Program-made: the position numbers and the translations under genes
Assembly (NCBI GenBank): GCA_951406725.2
Contig: OX597818.1
Coordinates: 108,252,001 to 108,316,000 of the forward strand
Reading direction: 5' to 3'
DNA: 64,000 nt
Source of the DNA: Octopus vulgaris
Lineage: Eukaryota
The notes under the pieces: generated by a model
Database searches by the model: none
The model's input: only the letters and a program-made list of their open reading frames with translations
What the model was told of the DNA's origin: nothing
Shown: in pieces, positions 37,560 through 51,257 of the stretch
How positions within the stretch are numbered: the first letter of the stretch is position 1
How the letters are laid out: each line of letters starts with the position of its first letter

Positions 37560-40500
37560 GCAGCCATTGATGGAGTGAAAGGTAAGTCTGGAGAAATTGC
37601 AGAAATGTTCAAGATACATCAAGTGGATGTGTTGTATGCCAGAAGTTAGACAGATTGGAGCCTCAGCAATATTCTTCAAAGATAAGGAATGCAAGCACAA
37701 ATATTGAGTAAGGAACAGCTTGGCTGCGGGAATCAGGTATTTTGTTGACAAAGAAATGGATAAAGTAAATGAAGTTGTCATTGTACGTGACAGAACAATG
37801 AAGTCCAGACAAGTTATTGACCACAATACAGCAACTGATAATTCCTAGATCTATGTCACAAACAGGAACGGACATCTGAGCAAAAAGGACTGTTTCTATT
37901 AAAATTACTTCAATAATCACTGGCAGTGACCTCGTTATCTGACGTATTTTATGGACATGTTAGGCAACACCTCAGATACATAGGGGCTATGACTATGACA
38001 TGAAGAATAAGAAAGGATGGAAATTCTGGACAATCTGTAAGACAAAGGCTCTAACCAATTGCAAAACCTGGAGACCGGACAAATAGATAGTTGTGAAGTA
38101 TGCACCATTCATTATAAATTAGTGGTTAATGAGTCTAGAGTAAAAGTTAAATGACTGAGAAACACTAGAAAATCTCGTACAGAAATTGAGAGATGTGTCT
38201 GTGAAAAAAAAGGTTCAGGGAGGTTCAAGATGGTGTTTGTCGAAAAAGGGGCAGAAACGCTGTCAAGTGTTGAAAAGAAAAGTTCAAAGTCAGATCAGAT
38301 GTAAATAGCTTTGAGAGTAGATGAAAGGGAGAGGTTTACCAATATTCTACAATGGAAAGATCAGAGGTATAAAGTGGTCTGTGAGTGTGAATGAAGATGC
38401 CATGGCAGGAACAAGTGTTTGGAATAACTACAGTGCACTTGCCATCATCAATACCAGGAAGGAAAAAAGAACATCTAGAGCAGCGTTAGAGAAACATTTT
38501 AGTGCAGCAGGCAAAAATTTCCCAAGAAAAAGGTCTGCGGGTGGATCACAGATTCTAACTCTTATATCTGTGTAAATATTATATATGACTATGTATAATT
38601 TGATATATCATTAATAAAGATAAATTTAACACTTTAAATCAACGAGTAACATCTTCATCAATGCCACCACTGGATTTAGGACGTTTATATTATTTATGAG
38701 GTATTCTATTTTGTTCAGCTAGAGTGTAGTTGGGTCTCAAGTGGGTGGTATAAACCTAGTAATATGTGTTTTATAAGGAAAACAAAATTTTCATTCAAAT
38801 GGTAATTACCAGGCGATTTCTGACCATTTTAAGTTGTAGTGGAAACACAACCTATGTCGCAAATAGGTATACGAATATAGTATAAAATTTTGATTGAAAC
38901 AACACCAAGCATGCCTAAAAAAGGGAAATCAAGTATTGAAGGTGACTGTTGCAACCAAAGATATTAAGGTCGGGAAAGAGCATATGGCTTCTATATTTCT
39001 GGGGACTAGAATCAGCAATTGTAACAAGAATGTTGAAACACCCAAATAAAGCAGGGATTGCATTAATCATGAACACAGTCAATCAGGAAGTACAGAGAGA
39101 TACCATGTGCAATGACTGTTACAGGGACAAATGAAATATCTAAAAAACGAAGAAGTGATGACAGAGGTATCAAACTGATGAAATTAACAGAAAGTGTTAT
39201 AGCATGAATAATTGAGAAGAGAACTGGATGAAACACAGCCTGCTTTTGACAATTATGGGAAAGGACTTTGGCTGAGTTCCATGCTCTGTGGTCAGGTGAT
39301 TGATAAGAAAATAGAGTGTAGAGGAATGACTTGTGAAAGCCATGCAAACCATGTGATTGGTGTGAAAATCAGCAAGGTTTGTGATGTGTTTAGTGAGGAA
39401 TTTTTAGGTTACACCCAGATGTTCACCAGGGCTCGATTCTCTAACCCCTACCATTTATTATAATTCTTTAGGACATCACAGAAGAGTTTAAGAGCAGCTG
39501 TCCATGGGAACTCCTGCATGCTAATGATCTGCTTTGTATAAGTGAATTTGTTAAAGGTTTAGAGAAGAAATTTTTCATGTGGAAAAAAAACCAAGTATTG
39601 AATAACCTCAAAGTAAATCTATCAAAGACAAAAGTAGAAAATAAAACAGATCTCTAATGGCATTCAAGAAATGGTCATGAGAAAAGTTCTAAGTAAAAAT
39701 TCCACAGGGTGTACAAGAAGTGTAGTCAGATTCCAAACAGTTTACAGTGAACAAATATATCATAATAGGGCAGATACACAGGAGAATTTAACAGTAAGAA
39801 CACCTGTGAAATGAATTCATCATCATCATCATTTAACGTCCATTTTTCCATTCAGGTATGGGTTGGATGGTTTGACAAGAACAGGCAAGCCGAAGGGCTG
39901 CACCAGGCTCCATTTGTCTGTTTTGGCATGGATTCTATAGTTGAATGACCTTCCTAATGCCAACCACTTCACAGAGTGTACTTGGTGCTTTTTATGTGGT
40001 ACCAGCACATGTGCAATTTACATGACACCAAAGATCTAGAGAAGCAGCTGATAGTTCTTGTCATTTAGTTGGTGCAATTAAACAGTGGCTGTGATTGTTC
40101 TAATGCCACAGTGGCCAGAGTAAGAATTGGGTGGTAAAAGTTCTTGGAGCTGTTACCTCTGCTGCCAACAAAAGAATTCTCATTTCTCACATTGTGTGAA
40201 AAGTAGATCGTCTGATGTTTGTGAACAAAATGCTTTGCATCAATGCAACAAAACATGGACATTGGGTGTGAAGAATGTCGAAACAGTAGAAAGAAATTGA
40301 ACAAGTTTGCCTCACTTGGTGTATTACGTTGGTGCTTGAACGTTGAAGCAGAAATGGACAGCAAGAAAAAGTGGACAGAATGGACAGAAGCAGACTCTGA
40401 TGCAGGTGAAGAATAAGAGTTGGGTAAAAAAATTTCAAAAGATATTCAAGTGTAGAAGAGAGAGGAAGAGACAAGAAGAAATGGTGAGATTTGATCTCAG

Positions 40501-40560
40501 GATGCTGATCTTTGCAAAAGAGATGAGAAAGACTGTGGCAATGGATAAACATGATACTGA
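37560..40560 (+). pseudogene. Old, heavily degraded RTE LINE (APE endonuclease and RT), interrupted by other sequence
   Basis: Across frameshifts: GKSGEIAEM..VDV, GILLTKKW-DKVNEV, GHV, RGIKLM, HQGSIL, ITEEFKSSCPWELLHANDL, VARVRIGW. Confidence 0.75.
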
Positions 40561-40888
40561 AGAAGACTCAAACGACCACACTATAAAGAAAGATAAATGA
40601 GATATAAGATGATAACAATGACCATGATAATGGTGGTGGTGGTGGTGGTGATTCCAATCTCAATGAAAATTACCATACACAGAAAATCCCACACTAACAA
40701 CATGTATTACAATCATACAAACACACTGATATACATGTATGTGTGTGATGATATATATGTATGTATACATGTATGTATGTATGTATGTATAATGGATCAT
40801 ACATATATATACAAATGCAAGCACTTATACACATGTACATATTACATACACACACATACATACATACATACATACATACATACATACA

Positions 40889-40921
<33 letters not shown>

Positions 40922-41859
40922 GAACAGCCACATATCCCTATACATATGTCCGTACATTTCATATATAATGCTGAAATTGTTAAAACTTCATCTCTGACCT
41001 CTGCTAATTGATTTAACTTCAATGCAAACAAATTTTATGTAAATTTAATGTAAAAATGTAAACAGGGCAATCCAATTAGCCTATGTGCAAAACAGGGTTA
41101 ACATTACGGTTTTGCTGTGAACATATTTTGCATATATCAGTAAAATCTTTATCAATTATTCAACAGCCCTGGTTCACCAACAGAAAATGGCTTTGTTAGA
41201 CGAACAGTAAACTCATGATCCAACTTAATCTTTAATCTTTCTTTGATCAATATGAGTATCAAGCTGTTGAACTAAATATCTTTTAGTATTCACTTCTAAT
41301 CCTCCGTTTTGAGTTCAAATCGTCCCAACGTCATCATTATGGTTTTTCTTTCGAAATTCCATAAATCAAGAACCAGGCAAATGTTGGAATTGGTTTGGTA
41401 TTGCCTTGAGCCTCAGATTTGTAGTTTTGTGCTTATCTAAGAAACCACCATTGTTTAAGTTTATGATGGGGACTCCATGTGGTTATCTGATCTGCAAGAA
41501 ATAGCAGTCTAACGTACCACAAATAGGATCCTATAAACCATCTTAAGAAAGGAAAGACATTCAATATTGTAGTCCTAGATACACAGTGCTCAAGAGGATA
41601 GAACGAGCTTGACTGGAAGACATTTCAACACTGACCAGTTCAGGACTGACCTAGGGCTAAACAACAGCGAAAACAATTATTGTTGTTGTTGTTATCGTTG
41701 CTATTATTTGTCTTATTGTTGTTGTTGCTGTTGTCCACAATGTCCTAGATAACATTTCATTAAAGACACATGGTGGTGGTGGTGGTGGTGCTGGTGCTGG
41801 TGAGCAATACCCACATTGTAAATACTTTGAAGTTATTTTATAGAAATTACCAAATTATG

Positions 41860-42127
41860 TGAAGGCACACAGCCCAGTGGTTGGTGGTCAGTGCTCACAA
41901 TCTAGTGATCATGGGTTCAATTCATGGACTGGGCACCATGTTGTGTTCTTGAGCAAAACACTTCATTTGACATGGCTCCAGTCCACTCACCTGTAAATGG
42001 GCACCACTGTGATGGACTAGCCTTCTGATCAAGAGAAATATCAGCCTTCTCCCCTAGCCAGTTGGGTGGTATCATTCAAAAGCTAAAATGATGCAAAGTG
42101 CATTGTGACCAGTGATGTATAACAACG
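41860..42127 (+). mobile_element. tRNA-derived SINE family 3 (variant tail)
   Basis: A/B boxes (cccagtggtt, gggttcaattc) and cttgagcaaaacactt domain shared with 58510-58830. Confidence 0.7.
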
Positions 42128-42535
42128 TCCCCCAACATCATGAGACCTTCTCTGCTTTCCACTGACCAAATTATAAACCAAACGCTTGACAAGGATTTCC
42201 TCAAATAGTCTGCATAGTCCCTCAGATGGGAGTTTACTTTCTTGGATGTTTTCCGCCCCTTGACCTGGTCAAGGGTTTCTCAGGGACGGTGCTGACCTGT
42301 CACGTATCTCCTCTCAACCCTTTCCTCTGTTGTTTTATTTGTCTGTCCACATGGCTGTCGTCTAGATAAGCAGGGTCCATTCCTAAAGTTGTCTTCACTA
42401 TTGTTCGCACTTCACAACCAATCGTGTGGTGCCTCTGTTAGAGGAAGCATGTCTTGCTTATGGCTTTTCTGATTGCTTTCAGTCATATGTCTGACCATTT
42501 GCACCTCTTTGTTCAAAGTTTGTTCTACTCTGGTC

Positions 42536-43033
42536 AGCCTGTAATGACAAGCATAAGATCTGGTCATCAAATCTAAGTAGAGACTTCAAACTTGAAATAT
42601 TCAAAGCCACAGTCGAACCAATTCTACTATATGGCTCAGAAACCTGGACGTTATCAAAGAAGCTTGAGAGGCGGTTGGATGGAACCTACACTCACCTCCA
42701 TATGAGAGCTCAAAATCTCTCGTGGAAGCGCCATCCAACCAAAATGCAAATATATGGGAAATTACCACCTGTGTCATCTCTTGTGAAAGGTAGGAGAGTT
42801 CAGTTTGCTGGACATTGTTGTAGAGCTGAAAAAGAAGTAATTTCTACTCTTCTCCTCTGGAAGCCATCTACTCACAATACCAGAGGGCGCACACTCTCCT
42901 ACCCTGATGTAATCTCCAGGGATACAGGCATCCAGCAACAGGACCTCCGTAATGCTATGATGGACCGTGAAGTCTGGTGTAACATAGTAAATTCCATTGT
43001 CTCGACCACGGTCGAACAATAATGATGATGATT
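42536..43033 (+). mobile_element. 3' end of a second RTE-like LINE
   Basis: FKATVEPILLYGSETWTL..RRVQFAGHC..RGRTLSYPDVI..DREVW; stop at 43022, then (TGA)n. Confidence 0.88.
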
Positions 43034-43288
43034 GTTCTACTCTGAGAGTCTTGTGTGAAGATTCATAACAGCAGTTTCCATTGCATCCTCACCAGTTTCT
43101 TCACCAATTTCTCACAGGATTTGGGAATCATAGACATAAGTTTGTGATGCTGTGACTTGCAGGTGAATTGTGTCTGAGTTACACAACCTATGTCTAAGCT
43201 TGCTTTGATCAAGAAGCATGGTGTGGATGACCAGGACTCCAACAGTATTTCATCAAGTTCATAGAGATTTCCATTACTGGAAATTACC

Positions 43289-43706
43289 AGGCGCAGGAGT
43301 GGCTGTGTGGTAAGTAGCTTGCTAACCAACCACATGGTTCCGGGTTCAGTCCCACTGCGTGGCATCTTGGGCAAGTGTCTTCTGCTATAGCCCTGGGCCG
43401 ACCAATGCCTTGTGAGTGGATTTGGTAGACGGAAACTGAAAGAAGCCTGTCGTATATAAGTGTATATATATATGTGTGTGTAATTGTTTGTGTGTCTGTG
43501 TTTGTCCCCCCTAGCATTGCTTGACAACCGATGCTGGTGTGTTTTATGTCCCCGTCACTTAGCGGTTCGGCAAAAGAGACCAATAGAATAAGTACTGGGC
43601 TTACAAAGAATAAGTCCCGGGGTCGATTTGCTCAACTAAAGGCGGTGCTCCAGCATGGCCGCAGTCAAATGACTGAAACAAGTAAAAGAGTAAAGAGTAA
43701 AAGAGT
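43289..43706 (+). mobile_element. Full-length tRNA-derived SINE family 1 with internal (TA)n(TG)n
   Basis: A box TGGCTGTGTGG, B box GGTTCAGTCCC, cttgggcaagtgtctt domain, (AAGAGTA)n tail; copies at 47325-47845(-), 48988-49475(+), 54405-54492(-). Confidence 0.9.
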
Positions 43707-44774
43707 ACTGCTTGAGTGAGGCAACGTTTTTTAAGTGTTTTCTCCATTGTTGTTGCCAAGCACTCAATCCACCAGAATCAGCTTCCCATTCTGAGATCAG
43801 ACTTGTAACTTGAGAACAACTCTTACCAGCGTTAACCTGCCTGTCAAAGTGTTGCATTTACCAAAGTGAGATCACTGTGTAAGCTTCAACTTCTTGACAA
43901 AGACAAAATGTGAGTGATGTGCGTGAGGGAACACAATAAATGCTTACCACCAGAATTAATAACTCCCTGAACATGTAAAACCCTATAAAAACACTAATAA
44001 GCTGGTAATTAACCTTTAACTTTCAAAAGAAAGGTGACCAATTCAAAACCGGTCTGCAACGACATACATATTCTGAAAATAAACACATGCAGATTGATCA
44101 ACAAACAAACTAATTAAAATATAGTGTTGTTATAAAATATATAAACTAAAGACGAGGTTAATAATGTGGAAAACTGTAATTTTAAATGTTGACCAGTCAA
44201 AGAAAATAGTTAAGAGAAACGTGTCGTATAAAACAGAAATGAAATCCCAAGCTAGCACAGAGTATGACTGTTAAAATTACATTAATGTCATTGTAAAAGG
44301 CACAAATATGACACAGTTCTCCTTTCAGTGATCGTCTGTGTATCTCAAGTGTTGTTTCTCTCCCATAAATCAATATGCTGGATTAAGAACATTTCATCTA
44401 TGTTACGTCTATCCTCTGTTGTCTTCTTAATGTTATATTTTATATCCATTATTGTCATAATAAAATGGTTTGGACTGTTCTGCTTGATTTAAGCAATTAC
44501 TAGAATTGTTAATTATTCTGAACTGTTATGTGGATACAACAATGAACGATAAAACAAAGCAAAGAGTTAAAAGGTATTTGGCAATGCAGTAATGTGACAA
44601 AATAATATAACATAGGATAAGATAGTAAAATAATGTAAGTAAAACGACTAGAAACGTTTTATTGGTTTGCGGGTTTGATGTTTAGCAGCAATAAAAATGA
44701 AAGAAGTGGTAGAAATGGGGAGTTAGGAGTGAGAGATGTGCAGATGGATGAAGGAATTGAGAAATATATAAAAG

Positions 44775-45100
44775 CTGGCACCCTTTCGGCTACAACAATA
44801 AGGGTTCTAGTTGATCTGACCAACGGAACCACCTGTTTGTGAAATTAACATGCAAGTGGCTGAGTACTCCACAGACATGCAGGCCCTTAATGTAGTTCCC
44901 AGGGAAATTTGGCATGATGCAGAAAGTGACATGGTTGGTCCTTTTGTATTACAGGTACTCCTCAATTTTGCCAGCTGAGTGGACTGGAGCAATGTGAAAT
45001 GAAGTGTCTTGCTTAAGGGCACAGTGTGCTGATGTGAACCAAACTGATGACCACATACACTTGTGAGCCAAATATTTTGACCACTTAACCACGTGTCTTC
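44775..45100 (-). mobile_element. SINE family 3
   Basis: Reverse complement of 58510-58830. Confidence 0.8.
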
Positions 45101-45126
45101 ACTGTGAGATATATAGATGGAAGAAA

Positions 45127-45356
45127 GGCGGTGAGCTGGCAGAATCGTTAACACACCGGGCGAAATGCTTAGCGGTATTTCGTCTGGCGTTACGTTCTGA
45201 GTTCAAATTCCACTGAGGTCGACTTTGCCTTTCATCCTTTCAGGGTCGATAAATTTAGTACCAGTTATGCACTGGGGTTGATGTAATCGACTTAATCTGT
45301 TTGTCTGTCCTTGTTTGTCCCCTCTATGTTTAGCCCGTTATGAGTAGTAAAGAAAT
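45127..45356 (+). mobile_element. Full-length SINE family 2, little diverged
   Basis: ggcggtgagctggcagaatcgtta..gagttcaaattcc..gtaaagaaat. Confidence 0.9.
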
Positions 45357-46080
45357 ATATATAGATGGAGGAAGGAGAGAAAGAGAGAGAGAGAGAGGGG
45401 AAAGAGATGAATTGAGGAAGAGACAGATATAGATAGTGTTGACACAAGTTATGTGAAGTCGTGTTTGGTTTTAACAGAATCTCACAAAATAATACAACTG
45501 AATGGCAAATCATTGCCGGCTTGAAGCGATGTGACTAATTTCAATTCTGTTGCTTAGTAACAGTGAATGCTTTCGGCTCAAAACATTAATCTCCAGCTGA
45601 TGTGATGCTTTATTTTGTATTTTCATTGATTTATTAATGGTGGGCAGATGGAGTTTCACTCTTTTACTGCTCAGAGATATTAAATATGTAATTCCATGTG
45701 TCCAGATTATCCCTGAGGTTTAGCTAGAGGTTCTGTTTCTTAATTAATTGTGGTCTGCTAAAATCTGAGTTTTTTGTATCTCTTTCACACGTAAATTTAT
45801 GATGAAATACCGAGTTAAATGATATGACTTGACAAAAATGGCCTGAAATTCTAAGATATCATTGCCATTTTGTCAACCTGATGTATGTTGTTCCACACAG
45901 TCAAGAAAACTTATGAATAATGTTTTTTTTCAAATACAGTGGTCAGCTGAGCCATTCTTTTAGTGGACTGATCTATGGTTAGATGACAATTTTACTGTGT
46001 GTGGTTGTTGTAATTCTGACATAAGTATCATGCCTTATCATGCTAGTCTAAGTATTGTACTTCTTTATATAACACCTTAA

Positions 46081-46284
46081 CCCTTTCGTTACTGTATTTC
46101 TGTTGAGATGCCCTGTGTTTCTTTGAATTACTTTAAATAAACAAAGAATTTAGTAAAATAACTTAGTTATCCTTAAGCTAGTGTTAGGAACATAAATTGT
46201 GACTAAGGTTTGGTGGAAGATTTTAATTCAAAACTTATGAAAACAAGACATTTGGTGGTTTCAACCGGGTTGGTAACGAAAGGG
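46081..46284. mobile_element. piggyBac-type MITE
   Basis: TTAA TSDs at 46077-46080 and 46285-46288; perfect 12-bp TIR CCCTTTCGTTAC / GTAACGAAAGGG. Confidence 0.9.
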
Positions 46285-46479
46285 TTAAGGTTCAGAGCTG
46301 GTAGAATTGTAGGACTGTTAGAAAAAGTACCTTGCAGTATTTCTTCAGTTCAAATCTTGCCCATGTCAACTTTGCCTTTATGGGGTCGATAAAAAATGAA
46401 CATTCTTCAAAATTTCTGTCTCTCTGCCTAAATCAAAAACAATTATAAAACTCTCTCTCCTCGCCATAACACAAAACGT

Positions 46480-46517
<38 letters not shown>

Positions 46518-47494
46518 CTCTCTCTCTTACTTTCTCCTACCTTCCTACTCGGGTAACCAAGTACCTCCTCTGTCCCTCTCTCATACTCTAACCTCTCACC
46601 TATCTAGCATACAGCTGCTAACCCTGGTTCCACTGCCTCTCTCAGCTAATAGGTCCTTGTCATGCCAAGTTACTTGGTGACCCCATTGGTGCTGGTGCCA
46701 TGAAAAATGCTCCCATGCTGGTGTCATGTAAAAAGCACCCAGTACGCTTTGTAAAGGGGCTGGTTTTAGGAAGGGCATCCAGCCACAGAAACTATTCCAA
46801 AACATACAATTAGGGCCTGCAGCTCTCTGGCTTGCCAGCTCCTATCGAACCATTCAACCCATGCCAGTATGGAAAAAGGACTTCAAGTGGTGGTGGTGGT
46901 GGTGGTGACGATGATGATGATTGTGGTGATGGTGGTGGTGGTGGTGGTGGTGGTGGTGACGATGATGATGATTGTGGTGGTGGTGATAGTGGTGGTGTTG
47001 ATGGTGATGATGTTTCTTTCTCTCTTCCACTCTTATCTTCTTTCCTCTTTCTCTCTGCTGCTCTCTGCTTCATTGACACCAGTGTTAGGTGCTCTCTGCA
47101 ACCGTCTCTTCTCTGCCCTCTTTTCCCACCAAATCTGCTTCCCTGCCATCAATGGACAGCATCTCTCCAAAATATCTCTGTATGCAGTCTCTACCCACAA
47201 CATGTCTCTCTCTTTCTCTCTCTCTCTTTCTCCCTCTCTCTCTCTCTCTCTCACCCACACCCATACATTTGTCAACGAAAAGAGTGGCTGCCGCCATTCT
47301 TGTATTCCAGGATTTATGGATATCTTTTACCTTTTACTTGTTTCAGTCATTGAACTATGGCCATACTGGTGCACTGCCTCGAAAGGTTTAGTCAAGCAAA
47401 TCAACCCCTGTACTTATTCTTTAAAGCCTGGTACTTATTATAACAGTCTCGTTTTGACAGACTGCTAAGTTGTTAAGTGGAGGTGGAGGACAAA

Positions 47495-47528
<34 letters not shown>

Positions 47529-47600
47529 GACACACACACATTGGTAACATGCATACACACACACACACACACACAAAGACACACACACATTGGTAACATG

Positions 47601-47681
<81 letters not shown>

Positions 47682-49504
47682 CAGACTTCTTCCAGTTTCT
47701 GTCTATCAAATCCACTCACAAGACCTTGATCAGCCCAGGGCTATAATAAAACATGCTTGCTCAAGATGTCACATAGTGGGACTGAACTCAGAACCATGTG
47801 GTTGGGAAGCAAGCGTCTTACCACACGACCACATCTGCACCTCTATGGAGAATCTGTGTGAAGAAATATGTTGTTCTTCATAGAATTGGATTTCGGTTCA
47901 CCCTGAAGGGAAGGACATAATGAAGTCAACCAGTTTAGAGGGTCAGCTGGTGTAGGGAAGTCAGCATCAAATTTGATGTTGTTGTGGAAAGCAGAGAAGG
48001 TCTCATGATTCTAAGCATTCTTACCTTTAGAATTGGCCAGCAGCTCAAAGACATCATCATCTTCCCTCTGGTACAACGTGATGTGTCAGAAACCATTAAA
48101 AGATTAAAAGGAAAATAAGTGTCATTCTTTGTATTTTCACCATATTTTTCACGACCATTTCTCTATAAATCCAATCTATATAACCCTCTCGCATTTCTGT
48201 GTGCAATCATATTATTTACAATATTCATTCTTTTGGAAAAGGCATATCAACCACACAATCCCATATTTCTTGGCTTTAAAGCATAAATCTCTATATTTCT
48301 GTATGTAATGAAATCGTTTTTATTATTAAAAAAACAAGAATTATTTATTGGAATTTTAAAACAGTTTTGATTCTCTTTTCATTTTCATTCTCATTTTTTT
48401 TCCTTGTTTCTTTGTTTCTTATTTCATTTTGTTAACGTGGAATACTTTTATTGACAACGAAACTATTTTTATTTCTGTTATTGCCTACATCACAAAATAC
48501 TTTCCAAGGAAAACATTCTTCATTTTCGCTTTTTATTCAATCTAAAAACTATGAGATTGTTCCCTATATTCAATGGGTTGTCATTGCATGTACAAATATT
48601 GGATCAAATAATATAGCTTACATTCTTTGTCTTGTTAATTTATTTATATCCAAATTCCCAAACCTTAATCCTATATCAGGATTGTTGAATCCTGTAAAAA
48701 CGTTTATTAGGACATAGAAGGAATGGAATATGTTTATGTATGGGAAAATACCATCCAGCTACGATTATTCATGAATTCAAGGAGCACTTCAGTATACATA
48801 TACATGCATATACACACACATGTATAAACAGCTATACATATACACACATTTACATACATATATATATATATATATATACAAACACGCACACATACACATT
48901 CACATACATACACACGCACAGAGGGATAGAGAGAGAGAAAAGAGAAAGAGAGGAGGAGTAAGAAAGAGAGAGAGGGGAGCGAGGGAGATGCAGGCATAAC
49001 TGTGCAGTTAAGAAGTTTGCCTTGCAATTCCATGGTTTCGTGTTCAAATCTAATGCACGAAAGCTTGAGCAAGAGTCTTCAACTACAGGTTCTGGTTGAA
49101 CAATTAGGTCATTGAAAACTGTACAGAATCCCACCACGTGGCACCTTGGGTAAGTGTCTTCTACTATAGCCTCGGGCCGACCAAAGCCTTGTGAGTGGAT
49201 TTGGTAGACGGAAACTGAAAGAAGCCCGTCATATATATGTATATATATATATATATACGTGTGTGTGTTTGTGTGTCTGTGTTTGTTCCCCCTAGCATTG
49301 CTTGACAACAGATGCTGGTGTGTTTATGGTGTGTTTAGCGGTTCAGCAAAAGAGACCGATAGAATAAGTACTGGGCTTGCAAAAGAATAAGTCCTGGGGT
49401 CGAGTTGCTCGATTAAAGGCAGTGCTCCAGCATGGCCACAGTCAAATGACTGAAACAAGTAAAAGAGTAAAAGAGATATCTATGTGCTTTTGCAATGTGT
49501 ATAT

Positions 49505-50047
49505 ACGAGGGTGGGCTGTTGAAAAGTTCATAGGCTGACTATGAAGGTTGACGCTAGAGTTCAGTTTTAGGGGATGCAAAAAGTCATTGTGTTTATTGAC
49601 GATCTTCAAAAGGGCCACACCATCAATGGAGACTACTATACCAAGTTGCTGTGGCTATCACAAAAGAAAATCAAGATCAAACAGCCAGGAAAATTGACAA
49701 AAGGGGTTTTGATTCATCAGGACATTGCTCTAGCACACAAGTCCTTCATTTAATTGACTGCTGTGCATGACTGTGGCTTTGAACTGGTTGACCAGCGTCC
49801 CTATTCTCCTCATTTGGCCACAACATGAAAAAAACCCACTTGATTGGGAACCAGTGTCACAGTGCTGCTATTGATGACTTCTTTTGCGCAACAGGATGAA
49901 AGCCTCTTCATCAATGGGATCCAAGCACTGCAACATCGATGGAAGAAGTGTGTGGACTGCCAGGGGGGACTATGTTGGAAAATAAACCTCATTTGGTCAC
50001 ATTCCATGAGAGTATCTGAGTCAGCCTGGGAACTTTTCAGCAGGCCC
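49505..50047 (+). mobile_element. Internally deleted mariner element
   Basis: TA-CGAGGG..GAAAAGTTC / GAACTTTTCAGCAGGCCC termini; KGHTINGDYY, HQD..AHKS, PYSPHLA, GIQALQHRWKKCVD. Confidence 0.88.
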
Positions 50048-50067
50048 AGGAGTAATTTGTGATGTCT

Positions 50068-50096
50068 ACATCATTATCATCATCATCGTCGTAATT

Positions 50097-50142
<46 letters not shown>

Positions 50143-50238
50143 CTGTCATCATTATCATCGTCGTCATCATCATCATCATCATCATCACCACCACCACCAC
50201 CACTATCATCCTCATCATCATCCCCATCATCATCATTG

Positions 50239-50286
<48 letters not shown>

Positions 50287-50481
50287 CCGTCATCATCATT
50301 GTCATCATCATCATTGTCATCATCATCATCATCATCATCGTTATCATCATCACTGTCATCATCATCATCATCGTCCTCATCATCATTATCACCATCATCA
50401 TCATCGTCATCGTCATCATCGTCCTCATCATCATTATCACCATCATCATCATCGTCATCGTCATCATCATCGTCATCGTCG

Positions 50482-50527
<46 letters not shown>
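50068..50527. repeat. (CAT)n microsatellite
   Basis: Directly visible; an inverted (GAT)n tract lies at 50805-50901. Confidence 0.95.
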
Positions 50528-50802
50528 GTATGTGTGTGCGTGTTCAAGAGCCATCCTCCACAACAGAAGTGAAAAGAATTGGCCTGCAATAGTCTTGTGC
50601 CAGTGCCACATAAAGAGCGCTCGTGCCAGTGCCATTTGAAGGCGTTCATGTTGGTGCCATGTTAAACGCACTCAGCATACACAGTAAAGTGGCTGGCATT
50701 AGGAACAACATCAAGCCGTAGAAACCAAGCCAGATCAGAAGGGAACCTTGCCAGCACTGGTCAAACTGTCCAACCCATGCCAGTACGGAAAATGAGCATT
50801 AA

Positions 50803-50880
<78 letters not shown>

Positions 50881-51257
50881 GTGGTGATGATGATGATGAT
50901 GTATATATATGTGTGTGTTTCAGAAAAGTTATGTTAATGTATCTTGTCTTTTGAAAATTCATATTTATTGCAACTGAAGATAGCTCTGTATTTAAATCCA
51001 TGCAATGCTTGTATTTTACAATTAAATGGAGCCACTTGAAGCAGTTGTATAGCAATAATACTTGACATCCTGTAACTTATTTTAATTTCATATGTATACA
51101 CACACACACATATATATATATATATGTATATATGCATATATATACATATATATACATATATATATGTGCACTCTTCTATCTCTACTATCTCTTCTCTGTC
51201 TATCACTCTTCCTCTCTTGTTCTTCATCCTTTCTGGCTTTTTCTCCCACCCTTCCCT

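Noticed and set aside
43948-43982. Possible first coding exon on - (MFRELLILV then gtaagc)
   Set aside because: A 35-nt AG..GT match is expected by chance and cannot be linked to the other candidate exons without RNA data.
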